From NCBI GenBank assembly GCA_964568735.1, contig CAZMRF010000016.1, positions 2,037-66,036 on the forward strand: 64,000 nucleotides of DNA. The letters run 5' to 3'. Positions 37,863 to 47,575 of the stretch are shown here, piece after piece (position 1 is the first letter of the stretch; each line of letters opens with the position of its first letter). This DNA is from an uncultured Acidobacteriota bacterium (lineage in GTDB: Bacteria > Acidobacteriota > Polarisedimenticolia > JACPZX01). The translations under genes were made by a program, and so were the position numbers. The notes under the pieces are model-generated. The model saw only the letters and a program-made list of their open reading frames with translations. It was not told the origin of the DNA and did no database searches.

Positions 37863-39021
37863 CGGGGCCGGATTGAGAGTCCTCCTCTTCTCTGCCGACT
37901 ACACTCCCGATCCTGGCGGCATCGCGATGCACGTTCATGAGCTTTCGAGGGCTCTCGCCGCGTCGGGAGCCGCGGTGACGGTCATCGGCGGATCGAGGCT
38001 GCTGCACCAGGTAGCCGCGGATCGTGAACCTGGTTCGGGGCCCCGTGAGATTCGGATCCCACGCGGCGGCCCGCCTGGGCTTCGCGGACTGCGCTTCATG
38101 GCACGCGCTCGGGGGGCGCTGAGTGATGCTGGCCCCATTCCGTGGGACATCGTGCACTTCCACAACTTCCTGCCCGATGGACTGCTCCTGGGAGCGTGGC
38201 GCGGCGCGCGCGTGCGGATCATGACGAACCACAGCTCCTGGTTTCTCGTGGACGTCGAGCGCAACCGCCGCCGCCGGCGCCTGAGGTGGCTGACGCGCGG
38301 AGTGCACGGCATCATCGGCCCGAGCCGGGAGCTGGCGGAGAAGAGCGCATGGATCGGCCGGCCAGGACAGGCGATCGAGTACATCCCCAATGGCGTGGAT
38401 CCAGACCGGTTCACCCCCGAAGGTGATGGCGAGATCCCCGCACTTCCTCGCGACATTCCTCGGAGTTCACCGATCATCCTCTCGGTCCGGCGCCACGATC
38501 CGAGCAAGAGCGGCCTCCCCTACCTGATCCAGGCGATGCCTGAAGTCCTCCGGGGCAGGCCGGAAGCGATCCTCTGCCTCGTGGGCGACGGGCCGGAAAC
38601 ACCTCTGCTGAAGCGCCTCGCCGCGGATCTCGTTCCCGGCCCGAGCGTCCGCTTCCTCGGGAGAGTGCCGAATGAGAACCTGCCTCCTCTCTACCGCGCT
38701 GCATGCCTGTCGGTTCTCCCTTCGCTCTACGAGGCCGTGAGCCTCAGCGGGCTCGAATCCCTGGCCTGTGGGCGCCCCGTGATCGGGACGCGCCTGGGCG
38801 GCATTCCCGAGATCGTCCTCGACGGGAGAACCGGCATCCTCGTACCCCCGCGCTCTGCTCCGGCGCTTGCCACCGCGATCCTGGACCTCCTCACCAATGA
38901 CGACAGACGGCGGGCCATGGGTGAGCAGGGGCGGCGCCTCGTCACGGCTGACTTCTCGTGGCGTGCCGTGGCGGGGCGGACGATGGCCTTCTACCGGCGC
39001 TGCCTGGAGAGCCTCTCCTGA
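37816..39021 (+). CDS. GT4 glycosyltransferase
   Basis: YTPDPGG, IPNGVD, EAVSLSGLESLACGRPVI, GGIPEIV; start may be slightly downstream. Confidence 0.9.
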   Translation: MPTMRAMRQPARGCLDGAGLRVLLFSADYTPDPGGIAMHVHELSRALAASGAAVTVIGGSRLLHQVAADREPGSGPREIRIPRGGPPGLRGLRFMARARGALSDAGPIPWDIVHFHNFLPDGLLLGAWRGARVRIMTNHSSWFLVDVERNRRRRRLRWLTRGVHGIIGPSRELAEKSAWIGRPGQAIEYIPNGVDPDRFTPEGDGEIPALPRDIPRSSPIILSVRRHDPSKSGLPYLIQAMPEVLRGRPEAILCLVGDGPETPLLKRLAADLVPGPSVRFLGRVPNENLPPLYRAACLSVLPSLYEAVSLSGLESLACGRPVIGTRLGGIPEIVLDGRTGILVPPRSAPALATAILDLLTNDDRRRAMGEQGRRLVTADFSWRAVAGRTMAFYRRCLESLS

Positions 39022-39070
39022 TGCAGATCGGCACTGGTCTGGACACCTCCTTCATGAGAATGGTGGCCCC

Positions 39071-41032
39071 ATGTGCGGGATAGCTGGAATCCTCTCCAGC
39101 GGCTCCGCCGATCACGATGACGCCATCCGGCGGATGGTGGATTCGCAGTTCCATCGCGGACCGGACCATTCGGGCATCACCAAGATTGGCCTGGCAGACG
39201 GGAATCTCTGGCTCGGCAGCACCCGCCTCGCCATCCTTGACCTCACCGAAGCCGGCTCGATGCCCATGTCAGACCCGGCCACGGGCAACACCGTCGTCCA
39301 CAACGGCGAGGTCTATAACCATCCAGCCCTGCGTGAGGCGCTCCAGGGAATGGGGCGACGCTTCGTCTCCCGCAGCGACACCGAGGTAATCCTCCATGCC
39401 TGCGGGCGGAGCGGCGCTGAGGCCTTCCGTGCCTTCCAGGGAATGTTTGCCACGGCTTTCTGGGACGCCGGCCGCCGCGAGCTCCTTCTCGCCCGCGATC
39501 GGGCCGGGAAGAAGCCGCTCTACTACGCCGCGCTCCCCGGCCTCTTCGTTTTCGCTTCCGAGGTCCGTGCCCTCCTGGCGAGCGGGTTGATCCCGCGGCG
39601 GCTGAGCGCGGAGGCCCTCGATGTGTACCTCGCGAACGGCTTCGTCGTAGGGCCGGGAACGCTCGTCGAGGGGGTGCGCGCCCTGATGCCCGGCCATTGG
39701 ATGCGGCTCACCTCGGATGCCCGGCCCCTGGAGATCACCTCCTACTGGAGGCCTGGCGGCCTGCGCAGGGAAGAGGCACGCGGACGTGGGCCCGAGCTCG
39801 ATTCACTTCGTGATTGCTTCAGGGAAGCTGTCACGCAGCGCCTCATCGCGGACGTTCCCGTGGCCGTCTTTCTCTCGGGCGGGATGGACTCCTCCGCGAT
39901 CGCCCTCGCCATTCACGAGGCCGGGTATTCGCCGATGACCTTCACCGTCGGCGTGGATGACGAGAGCCTTGATGAGTCGGCCCCCGCCCGCTCACTCGCT
40001 CAACGGATCTCCGCCCGCCACCACGAGGTGAAGATCACGGCGGAGCAGGTCGCTCAGTGGCTGCCCGACGCCGTAGCTGCGCAGGACCAGCCGAGCTTCG
40101 ATGGCGTGAACACTTTTTGCGTGGCCCGGGCGGCACGGCAGGCTGGATTGAAAGTGGCGATCTCCGGCCTGGGGGCGGATGAGCTTTTCGGCGGATACCC
40201 CTTCCTCAGGTGGACCGCGTGGATGAGCCGCCTCGCCCGCGTCGCCCCCTGGCTGCCGGCGCCATGGGCGGGGGCGATCGTGCGGAGCCTCGAAGGCCGC
40301 AATGGACCTCCACCGCTCGGGGCGCCCTGGAAGGCGCTGGACCTCATGCGGTCTCCTTCGGGCGGAGAGACTGGTTCGTTCGATAGCCTCCTCGCCGGCT
40401 ACCAGGTGACGCAGATCGTCTTCCCCTCCTGGGCCCGGCGGAGGCTGCTCCCTTTGCTTACAGGCGCTGACAACGGGACTGCGGTATGGCAGGCACTGGG
40501 ACTGCCGGCCTCCTTCGTCGCCTTCCTGCGCACGCAGATCCCCGAGTCCGACCCGGACCCGGGGGACTTCTTCACGATCGCCACAATGCGTCTCTTCCTG
40601 GGAGAGCGCTGCCTCAGGGACACGGACAGCATGGCGATGGCCAGCTCGCTCGAGGTCCGAGCCCCATTCACGGACCATCGCTTCGTCGAGGAGGCGCTTC
40701 GATTCCCAGGGCGGCTCCGCTGCGCCTCGCCGCCTGAGAAGCGCTTCGAGAGGCGCCTCATGGGGCCGATCCTGGATGGAGCCTGGTCGCCGAGACCGAA
40801 GCAGGGATTCATCATGCCCTTCACCAGGTGGCTCCGCGCGAAGGAAGGCGAGCGCATGCTTCGCGAGTCGCTCTCGGATCATTCCGTGCTCGTCCGGGCC
40901 GGGCTGCGACCCGAGTCCGTGCACGAGATCCTGCGCGGTCACCTGGAGAACCCGCGACGGGTGCCATGGTCGAGAGTGTGGGCCCTCTTCGTCCTCGTCG
41001 AGTGGATCCGGCGCCATGGGATGTCCCTCTGA
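39071..41032 (+). CDS. asnB: Asparagine synthase (glutamine-hydrolysing) family amidotransferase
   Basis: MCGIAG, HRGPD, RLAILDL, NGEVYN, SDTEV, FLSGGMDS, SGLGADELFGGY, LEVRAPF. Confidence 0.92.
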   Translation: MCGIAGILSSGSADHDDAIRRMVDSQFHRGPDHSGITKIGLADGNLWLGSTRLAILDLTEAGSMPMSDPATGNTVVHNGEVYNHPALREALQGMGRRFVSRSDTEVILHACGRSGAEAFRAFQGMFATAFWDAGRRELLLARDRAGKKPLYYAALPGLFVFASEVRALLASGLIPRRLSAEALDVYLANGFVVGPGTLVEGVRALMPGHWMRLTSDARPLEITSYWRPGGLRREEARGRGPELDSLRDCFREAVTQRLIADVPVAVFLSGGMDSSAIALAIHEAGYSPMTFTVGVDDESLDESAPARSLAQRISARHHEVKITAEQVAQWLPDAVAAQDQPSFDGVNTFCVARAARQAGLKVAISGLGADELFGGYPFLRWTAWMSRLARVAPWLPAPWAGAIVRSLEGRNGPPPLGAPWKALDLMRSPSGGETGSFDSLLAGYQVTQIVFPSWARRRLLPLLTGADNGTAVWQALGLPASFVAFLRTQIPESDPDPGDFFTIATMRLFLGERCLRDTDSMAMASSLEVRAPFTDHRFVEEALRFPGRLRCASPPEKRFERRLMGPILDGAWSPRPKQGFIMPFTRWLRAKEGERMLRESLSDHSVLVRAGLRPESVHEILRGHLENPRRVPWSRVWALFVLVEWIRRHGMSL

Positions 41033-42243
41033 TGGGAGCTCCTGCGTTGCGTGTTCTGCTGGGTCACAACGACTACCGGGAGCCCGGCGGTGAGAACACC
41101 TCATTCGAGGTCGAAAGCGAGCTCCTCAGATCACACGGGATCGAGGTCATCACGTACCGCCGGGACAGCCGCGAGATCGCCGGATACTCGACACGACGGA
41201 TGCTCACGCTCGGCTTTCGCGCAATCCGGGCGGGCGACTCCCGGGAGGATGTCCGGCGGCTCCTGAAGCAGCACCGGCCCGCTCTCGCCCACTTTCACAA
41301 CACCTTCCCGCTGATCTCGCCTTCCGTCTACGAGGCCTGCCGGGACGAAGGGATCCCCGTCATCCAGGCGCTGCGCAACTACCGGCTCATCTGCCCCAAG
41401 GCGACGCTGCTTCGCGACGGGCGTCCTTGCAACGACTGCGTCGGCCGGGCGGTCGCCTGGCCAGGGATCGCGCACGCCTGCTACCAGGGCTCCCGCGCCA
41501 GAACATCCGTCGTTGCAGCCATGCTCGCCTGGCACCGCTCGCGCGGGACGTGGACTCGGGACGTCAGGCTCTTCATCACGCCGTCCGACTTCGCCCGGTC
41601 GAGGCTCATCGCTGGCGGGCTGCCGGCTGACAGGATCGTGGTCAATCCCAACTTCACCCGCGATCCCGGAGCGGTTCCTCCTCCTCCCCCCGATGGGAAG
41701 GCCCTCTTCATCGGGAGGCTGTCCGAGGAGAAGGGAGCGGAGGATCTCCTGAGGGCGTGCGCGACGCCTGCCCTCAGAGCGCGACTGCGTCTCGCGGGGA
41801 GCGGACCCGAGGAGGCTGGCCTGCGGCGCCTCGCGTCGGAGCTGGGATACGCAGAGTCCGTGTTCGCGGGACACCTGACGGGCGACGAGATGACCGCCGA
41901 GGTGGCCGGCGCCGCCTGCATCGTGGTGCCCTCCCGTTGCTACGAGACGTTCGGTCGTGCGGTCATCGAAGCCTATGCCGCAGGCCGAGCCGTCGTCGCC
42001 GCGAGCCACGGCGCGCTCGCCGAGCTGGTGCGGGAGGGAGAGACCGGAAGCCTGTTCCGCCCCGCAGATCCTGGAAGTCTCGCCGGAGCGATCGAGCGGC
42101 TGCTCTCCACGCCCGGCGGCCTCCAACGGATGGGCGCCGCCGCACGACGGGAGTACGAGGCGCGCTACACGCCCAGAGCGGGGTTCGAAAACCTCATGCG
42201 CATCTACAAGGTTGCGATCGACGGGTCGCAGCTTCCTTCCTGA
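41032..42243 (+). CDS. GT4 glycosyltransferase
   Basis: HNDYREPGGE, HFHNTFPLISPS, GRLSEEKG, YETFGRAVIEA. Confidence 0.9.
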   Translation: MGAPALRVLLGHNDYREPGGENTSFEVESELLRSHGIEVITYRRDSREIAGYSTRRMLTLGFRAIRAGDSREDVRRLLKQHRPALAHFHNTFPLISPSVYEACRDEGIPVIQALRNYRLICPKATLLRDGRPCNDCVGRAVAWPGIAHACYQGSRARTSVVAAMLAWHRSRGTWTRDVRLFITPSDFARSRLIAGGLPADRIVVNPNFTRDPGAVPPPPPDGKALFIGRLSEEKGAEDLLRACATPALRARLRLAGSGPEEAGLRRLASELGYAESVFAGHLTGDEMTAEVAGAACIVVPSRCYETFGRAVIEAYAAGRAVVAASHGALAELVREGETGSLFRPADPGSLAGAIERLLSTPGGLQRMGAAARREYEARYTPRAGFENLMRIYKVAIDGSQLPS

Positions 42244-42264
42244 TCCCGTATCGCCGCCTCTTCT

Positions 42265-43116
42265 TCAGAGAGATCCGTCCCGTCGAGCGGCCCGGCGGCA
42301 TGCGAATACGGCGAGCCCGATCGAGTGGAAGGTCCGCCTCCTGAGCACGGCGGTCTTCGTCCAGTGCTTCAGCGCGCCCGCCATTGTTCGGGCCGTGGAG
42401 TGATTCCACGGGAGGTGGTCCGGCTGGCTTCTGAAGGCATCCGTCGACAGCAGATCAGGCGAGTGATTGGTCGAGTCACTATCGAATAGCGGCTCGAGAC
42501 CGCTACGAATCAAGGTGGACCGGAAAGCCTCGAGATTCCCTGGATTCAGGAAACTCTCGCCGCCGGCAGCCTCGAGGGAGACGTCCACGGTGATCAGGCA
42601 GATTCCCTTCGGCGAGAGGACCCTGTGGAATTCCGCGAGAGCCGCCTCGGCCGCCTTCAGCGGGAGATGCTCCAGGACGGAAACGCAGATGACAGTCGAG
42701 TACGATGCCGATCGATAGGGCAGCCTGCCAAGATCTCCGATCTCCAGAGAAACGCGTAGTCGGGCCGGCAACAGTTCATTCCGCGCCACGAAGGCAGCGC
42801 CCAGTCGTTCGTCCCCGTCGAAACACCTGACCCGGAGTCCCCGCGATTTGAGATAGAAGGGGAAGAAGGTGATTCCCGAGCCTGCGTCGAGTATCCGGCC
42901 GCTCGTCTCCCCCAGCTCCGCGAGATGGTGGAGAATCCAGGGATACTCGTACTGCCGGCTCCACTGGTGAAGAGCATCCGGTGGCCAGGGCACGTCGGGC
43001 CACCACCGTTCTCGATCCCTGAGGAACGGAGCCGAGAATCGCTCCATCTCCCTGAAAGCAGACGCCCGGCGCGAATCCTGAAGGTCTGAAAGCCGGACGA
43101 GCCCGCACTTCTCCAT
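42265..43116 (-). CDS. Class I SAM-dependent methyltransferase
   Basis: WSRQYEYPW, ILDAGSG, CVSVLEH, RVLSPKG. Confidence 0.85.
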   Translation of the reverse strand: MEKCGLVRLSDLQDSRRASAFREMERFSAPFLRDRERWWPDVPWPPDALHQWSRQYEYPWILHHLAELGETSGRILDAGSGITFFPFYLKSRGLRVRCFDGDERLGAAFVARNELLPARLRVSLEIGDLGRLPYRSASYSTVICVSVLEHLPLKAAEAALAEFHRVLSPKGICLITVDVSLEAAGGESFLNPGNLEAFRSTLIRSGLEPLFDSDSTNHSPDLLSTDAFRSQPDHLPWNHSTARTMAGALKHWTKTAVLRRRTFHSIGLAVFACRRAARRDGSL

Positions 43117-43131
43117 CCGCGTCCCGCCGAG

Positions 43132-43824
43132 TCAGCTTCGCTCGAAAAGGTAGAAGTCCGGCAGGGTCCGTCGGTCCCTCTCATCCGATATCGAGAAAGG
43201 ATTCGGTACGTGCTCGGTCACACTCCAGCCTGGCAGCCGTTCACTGACGAAGTCTGTGAATCTACGATGGAGCACGTGCGGCGCCCGCCATCGAGGCTGC
43301 GTATTGGAGTCCGTTGAGTAAATCACGACGTAGCGAGTCGACGTCCGGAAGAGGCGTTCCATGTACTCACGGTAGGTACCATCCTCCACAAGGTGGTAAA
43401 TGACGTCGAGTGACACGGAAAGCTCCGCCCGCTCCTCCTGGTACTCACTGACAAGCTTGAACGCTTTGCGAGGGTCCTTGGAGAAGAGCCCTCTGCATTT
43501 CTCGACCGCCGCCGGACTGACATCGAATCCGAGGTAGATTGAGTACTGAATCTGTTCCAAGAGGTGACCGTCGCCACATCCGAACTCGATGGCCGATCCG
43601 ATCCTCCTTTCGCTGATGAACCGGTTCATTTGATCCGTCTTGAACCTGACCAGCTCTGGTGCGTAGGAGCCCGGCCCGGAGTCTCCCCCGCTCCGATAGT
43701 AGCCAATCCAGTATTTCTCGGATCCCGGGAAGGTGACCCGCCGGATCCCTCGAACGAGGCCACCGACGAGTGTCCCCAGAATAGGCAGACGGCGTGCCTT
43801 GTCCGGAATCCCGAGCAGGTTCAT
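43132..43824 (-). CDS. Class I SAM-dependent methyltransferase
   Basis: GGDSGPGSY, IEFGCGDG, SLDVIYHL, HRRFT. Confidence 0.85.
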   Translation of the reverse strand: MNLLGIPDKARRLPILGTLVGGLVRGIRRVTFPGSEKYWIGYYRSGGDSGPGSYAPELVRFKTDQMNRFISERRIGSAIEFGCGDGHLLEQIQYSIYLGFDVSPAAVEKCRGLFSKDPRKAFKLVSEYQEERAELSVSLDVIYHLVEDGTYREYMERLFRTSTRYVVIYSTDSNTQPRWRAPHVLHRRFTDFVSERLPGWSVTEHVPNPFSISDERDRRTLPDFYLFERS

Positions 43825-43861
43825 CGGGCCGCTTCTGATGGGTCCTGCCTCTCAGCGGTTC

Positions 43862-44104
43862 TCATGCCGCGAGCCGCTTCCTGACCGCTTCCACGACCTT
43901 CTTCCCGGTCGGCAGCACGCCCAGAAAGGCCATCGCGCCGGCGTCGATAAGGACTTCCCCGTCCACGAGGATCTTGAACTCGCCGTAGCGGCCGTGGACC
44001 ATCTCGACCTCGGTCTTCAGCTCCCGCCGGATTCGCGCCGCCACCCGGGCGGCATGCACCCCCGACAGTCAGTACACGCAGTATCGAACCTGAATCCTGG
44101 CCAT
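43862..44104 (-). CDS. Rdx-family (SelW/SelT/SelH-like) selenoprotein with CxxU motif
   Basis: GGGAGG RBS and ATG 44104: MARIQVRYCVY-TGA(44071-44069)-LSGVHAARVAARIRRELKTEVEMVHGRYGEFKILVDGEVL; SECIS-like hairpin follows; selC is in the same window. Confidence 0.85.
44037..44053 (-). promoter_or_regulatory. Candidate bacterial SECIS hairpin
   Basis: GCCGCC-CGGGT-GGCGGC starting 15 nt after the in-frame UGA; G-containing apical loop. Confidence 0.6.
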
Positions 44105-44137
44105 GGGTCCCTCCCTACAACGACTCGGGGGCGGCGC

Positions 44138-45163
44138 CTACCTCTCCGCGAGCATCGCCTCGAGCGAGGCGGCGACCACCTTGCGGTCCCGGGACTTCAC
44201 GTACCAGTCGATCGTGCGCTGGAGGCCCTCCTTGAACATGACCTGGGGCTCCCAGCCGAGGAGGCGCTTTGCGAGCGCGTTGTCGGCCACGCGGTTGTAG
44301 GGGCCCGTGGGCATGTCGGGGCGCGTCACGAGCTTCGCCTCCTTGCCCATGGAGCGCAGCACGTCGCGCGCGGCGTCGATGACGCGGATCCTCTCCATCG
44401 TGCCCAGGTTCACGGCGGTGGCGTCGTCGATGCGCTCGGCGGCCGCGATCGTCCCGCTGACGATGTCGGAGATGTAGGTCCAGTTGCGGATCTGCTCCCC
44501 GGTCCCCCAGACCTCGAAGGGGTTCTGCCCGACGAAGGCGCGCGCGATCATCGCGATGACGGCGTGGTTCTCGACGCCCCGGGGCCCGTAGACGGTGAAG
44601 TAGCGGCACGAGGCGGACTTCATTCCGAAGTCGCGGTGGTAGGCCTTGAGGGTCATTTCCCCCATGAGCTTCGCCCAGCCGTAGGTGTTGTCGGCGTCGA
44701 AGGGGGGGCCGACCATCTCCTCGGTCAGGTAGAGGATCTCGCCCGGATCCTCCTGGAGGTGGTTGGGGTAGACGCAGCCGGAAGAGGCGTAGACGACCTT
44801 CTCGACGCCCGCCGCCCGGCAGGCCTCAAGGAGGATCCCGTCCAGCATCAGGTTGCGGGCGCAGGCGGCCTGGTGGAGATCCACGTAGCCCCGTCCCCCG
44901 TGGTCCGCGGCGAGGTGGAAGACGAGCTTCTGCCCGCGGACGGCAGCCTCGGCTGCCTCCTGCCGCTTCAGGTCGGCCTTCATCAGCTCGACCCTGCCCG
45001 AGGCCAGGTGGGCTTGGAGATTTTCCAGCCGGCCGCTGCTGAGGTCGTCGGCAACCGTGACGCGGGCTCCCCGTTCGACGAGCACGTCCACGAGGTGCGA
45101 GCCGATGAACGAGGCGCCTCCGGTGACGAGCACCGGTAATCCTTTCCAATCCATCACGACCAT
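44138..45163 (-). CDS. NAD-dependent sugar epimerase/dehydratase (GDP-mannose 3,5-epimerase-like)
   Basis: VTGGASFIGSH, HLAADHGGRGY, ASSGCVYP, YGWAK. Confidence 0.9.
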   Translation of the reverse strand: MVVMDWKGLPVLVTGGASFIGSHLVDVLVERGARVTVADDLSSGRLENLQAHLASGRVELMKADLKRQEAAEAAVRGQKLVFHLAADHGGRGYVDLHQAACARNLMLDGILLEACRAAGVEKVVYASSGCVYPNHLQEDPGEILYLTEEMVGPPFDADNTYGWAKLMGEMTLKAYHRDFGMKSASCRYFTVYGPRGVENHAVIAMIARAFVGQNPFEVWGTGEQIRNWTYISDIVSGTIAAAERIDDATAVNLGTMERIRVIDAARDVLRSMGKEAKLVTRPDMPTGPYNRVADNALAKRLLGWEPQVMFKEGLQRTIDWYVKSRDRKVVAASLEAMLAER

Positions 45164-45197
45164 CCCCCGTGTTCCATCCCGGCCCGGCCGGGCCCCT

Positions 45198-46091
45198 TCA
45201 GTCGAAGCGCCTCAGGCGCATCCGCTCCAGGGCGACGTTGTAGGCGAAGCGGGGGCCCTGGACGAGATACCGCCTCCACAGGCGCCGCGGCTCCCGCGCC
45301 AGCCTGAAGAGCCATTCGAGCCCGTTCTCCCTCATCCACTCCGGCGCCTGCCTCAGGCGCCCCGAGTTCAGATCGAAGGCCGCACCGACGCCCACGAGAA
45401 GCGGCACGTCGAGCCTCCCGCGGCTCTCCTGCATCCACTTTTCCTGTTTCGGTGTGCTCAGCCCCACCCAGACGACGTCGGGCCGCGTCGCCGAGATGGT
45501 CTTCCAGACCTCTTCACGCTCAGAGGTGCTCAGTGTGCGGTAGGGCGGAGACAGGGTCCCCGCGATCACCGTGCCGGGGAAGCGCTCCGCCAGTCGCGCC
45601 GCAAGCGCATCTGCGATCCCAGGGGCGCCGCCATACAGGAAGTGGCGGCAGCCGCGGCTTGCTGCGGACTCGAAGAACTCGAGCATCAGCTCGGGACCGT
45701 AGACGCGCCGCTTGAGCGGATGGCCGCTCATTCGTGCAAGCCAGACGAGAGGCATGCCGTCCGGGACGACGAGGTCCGCGGCCAGGAGCGCCTCGCGTGT
45801 CTCCGGGTCACCGAGCGCCTCGGTGACGCCGTGCATTCCGGTGACCGCGACGAGGCGGCCTCGCTCCCCCGCCTCGATCCAGCCCAGCATGCGCTCGACG
45901 GCACCGGGGATCTGGACGGCATCCACCGGGATCCCCAACACGCGAAATCGAGCCGGAGCGTGACCGGCACTCCCGAGTGTCGCGCGAGCGGGAGCTGGCG
46001 CGGCCCCGAGAATCCTCTCCGAGGGCACCGGGCCTGTGGGCCACGTCCCCGATGGGGCGGTGGGCTCGACGGCCGAGCCCTGAGCAATCAT
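45198..46091 (-). CDS. WecB/TagA/CpsF-family glycosyltransferase
   Basis: VPDGMPLVW, RVYGPEL, VGLSTPKQEKW, GVGAAFD, GLEWLFRL..EPRRLWRRY. Confidence 0.9.
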   Translation of the reverse strand: MIAQGSAVEPTAPSGTWPTGPVPSERILGAAPAPARATLGSAGHAPARFRVLGIPVDAVQIPGAVERMLGWIEAGERGRLVAVTGMHGVTEALGDPETREALLAADLVVPDGMPLVWLARMSGHPLKRRVYGPELMLEFFESAASRGCRHFLYGGAPGIADALAARLAERFPGTVIAGTLSPPYRTLSTSEREEVWKTISATRPDVVWVGLSTPKQEKWMQESRGRLDVPLLVGVGAAFDLNSGRLRQAPEWMRENGLEWLFRLAREPRRLWRRYLVQGPRFAYNVALERMRLRRFD

Positions 46092-46126
46092 CCGGGGGCG
46101 AGGTGCCCTGGCGGGTCGCGGGCCGC

Positions 46127-47575
46127 TCAGCATGCGCCCCTCCCCCCGAGGGCGGCCGGGAGGGTCTCGAGGAGGATCTGGAGGTCGAGGCGGAAGCTCC
46201 ACCCGCGGACGTAGAGGATGTCGTACCGGATCATCTCCTCGAAACGGACGTCGCTGCGCCCCCGCACCTGCCAGAGGCCCGTGATGCCCGGGCGCACCTT
46301 GGCGCGGTCCTGCGCCCAGGCGCGGTGCTCGCTGCTGAGGCCGTCCGGGTCGAGATCCTCGGCCGGCAGCGGCCTCGGGCCGACGAGGCTCATCTCGCCG
46401 ATGAGTACATTGACGAGCTGCGGCAGCTCGTCGAGGCTGAAGCGCCTCATGAAGCGGCCGATGGGGGTCACTCTCGGGTCGTCGCCGATCTTGAAGAGGT
46501 GCCCCTGCTTCTCGTTGCGCGCGGCAAGGGAGGCTCGCCGATCGCCGGCGTCGGCCACCATCGTGCGGAACTTGTAGAACTTGAAGTAGCGCCCGCCTCG
46601 GCCCACCCTCGGTGCGACGTAGAGCACCGGGCCCGGCGAGGTCAGTTTCACGAGGGCGGCCAGCGCGAGGAGGAAGGGGCTCCCCACGACGAGGAGCAGA
46701 CCCGCCGCCGCCAGATCGAAGATTCGCTTGGAGAGGTCCTGGAGCCTCGTGAACTCCACGCCCCTCAGCTCCACGAGGCGGACCGTGCCGACCTCGGTGA
46801 GAGCGATCCGCATGGAGCCCTCGTGGATGACGCCAGCGGTGTGGTTGACCGGCACTCCCATCCGCGTGCAGGTCGAGATGCATTCCCCCAGGTGCTCCGC
46901 GGAGATCTCGCTCTCGACGGCGATCACGCGGTCGATGGCGTGCCGGTTGATGATGATGCCGAGGTCGGCGAGGGAGCCGAGCACCGGGACGGGGTTGCCG
47001 AGGACGCCGGCTCCTGTCCCCGGCTCGGGCGTCACGACGCCGCAGATGCGCGCGGAGTCGGGGGCGGTCTTCTCGATCCTCCCGATGAGCGCGGCGGCGG
47101 CGGCGCCCGTGCCCACGATGAGGACGCGCTGGGGCCCGAGGGCACGCCAGCCTGCGGCCTTCAGGGCCAGGAAGAGAATCGCCCTGCCGGCGAGCATCAA
47201 CAAGACACCAAGGGTGCCGAGGAGGATGACGAAGGAGCGGGAGAGATCCGTCCCGAAGTCCCTCAAGAAAAAGGTCGCCACGATCGTCAGGACGAGGACG
47301 AGACCCATCGCCTCCACGACCTGCGTGATCGTGGTGAGCAGCCGGGGACCGCGGCGCGTCCGGTAGAGGCCTATCCAGGGGGCCGCGCCCACCCAGAGGA
47401 GAACGACGAGTCCAAGGGGCGGAATGAGGTAGTCGATCTGCGGAACGTCGATCTGGGCCTTGAAGAACTGGTTCAGGGAGACCCGCAGCATCTGCGCGGC
47501 CTGGTAGGCCGCGATGATGGCCGCGAGATCCACGAGCATCGTCAGGAGGCGGATGTCCCGCCGCCAGCCCCTCAT
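46127..47575 (-). CDS. Priming polyprenyl-phosphate sugar transferase (WcaJ/WbaP-like)
   Basis: KRIFD, KFRTM, DDPRVT, SLDELPQ, MSLVGPRP, RPGITGLWQV. Confidence 0.92.
   Translation of the reverse strand: MRGWRRDIRLLTMLVDLAAIIAAYQAAQMLRVSLNQFFKAQIDVPQIDYLIPPLGLVVLLWVGAAPWIGLYRTRRGPRLLTTITQVVEAMGLVLVLTIVATFFLRDFGTDLSRSFVILLGTLGVLLMLAGRAILFLALKAAGWRALGPQRVLIVGTGAAAAALIGRIEKTAPDSARICGVVTPEPGTGAGVLGNPVPVLGSLADLGIIINRHAIDRVIAVESEISAEHLGECISTCTRMGVPVNHTAGVIHEGSMRIALTEVGTVRLVELRGVEFTRLQDLSKRIFDLAAAGLLLVVGSPFLLALAALVKLTSPGPVLYVAPRVGRGGRYFKFYKFRTMVADAGDRRASLAARNEKQGHLFKIGDDPRVTPIGRFMRRFSLDELPQLVNVLIGEMSLVGPRPLPAEDLDPDGLSSEHRAWAQDRAKVRPGITGLWQVRGRSDVRFEEMIRYDILYVRGWSFRLDLQILLETLPAALGGRGAC

Noticed and set aside
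46092-46883. Apparent fusion-length extension of the WecB/TagA ORF
   Set aside because: It overlaps the sugar transferase in another frame and has shadow-ORF composition.
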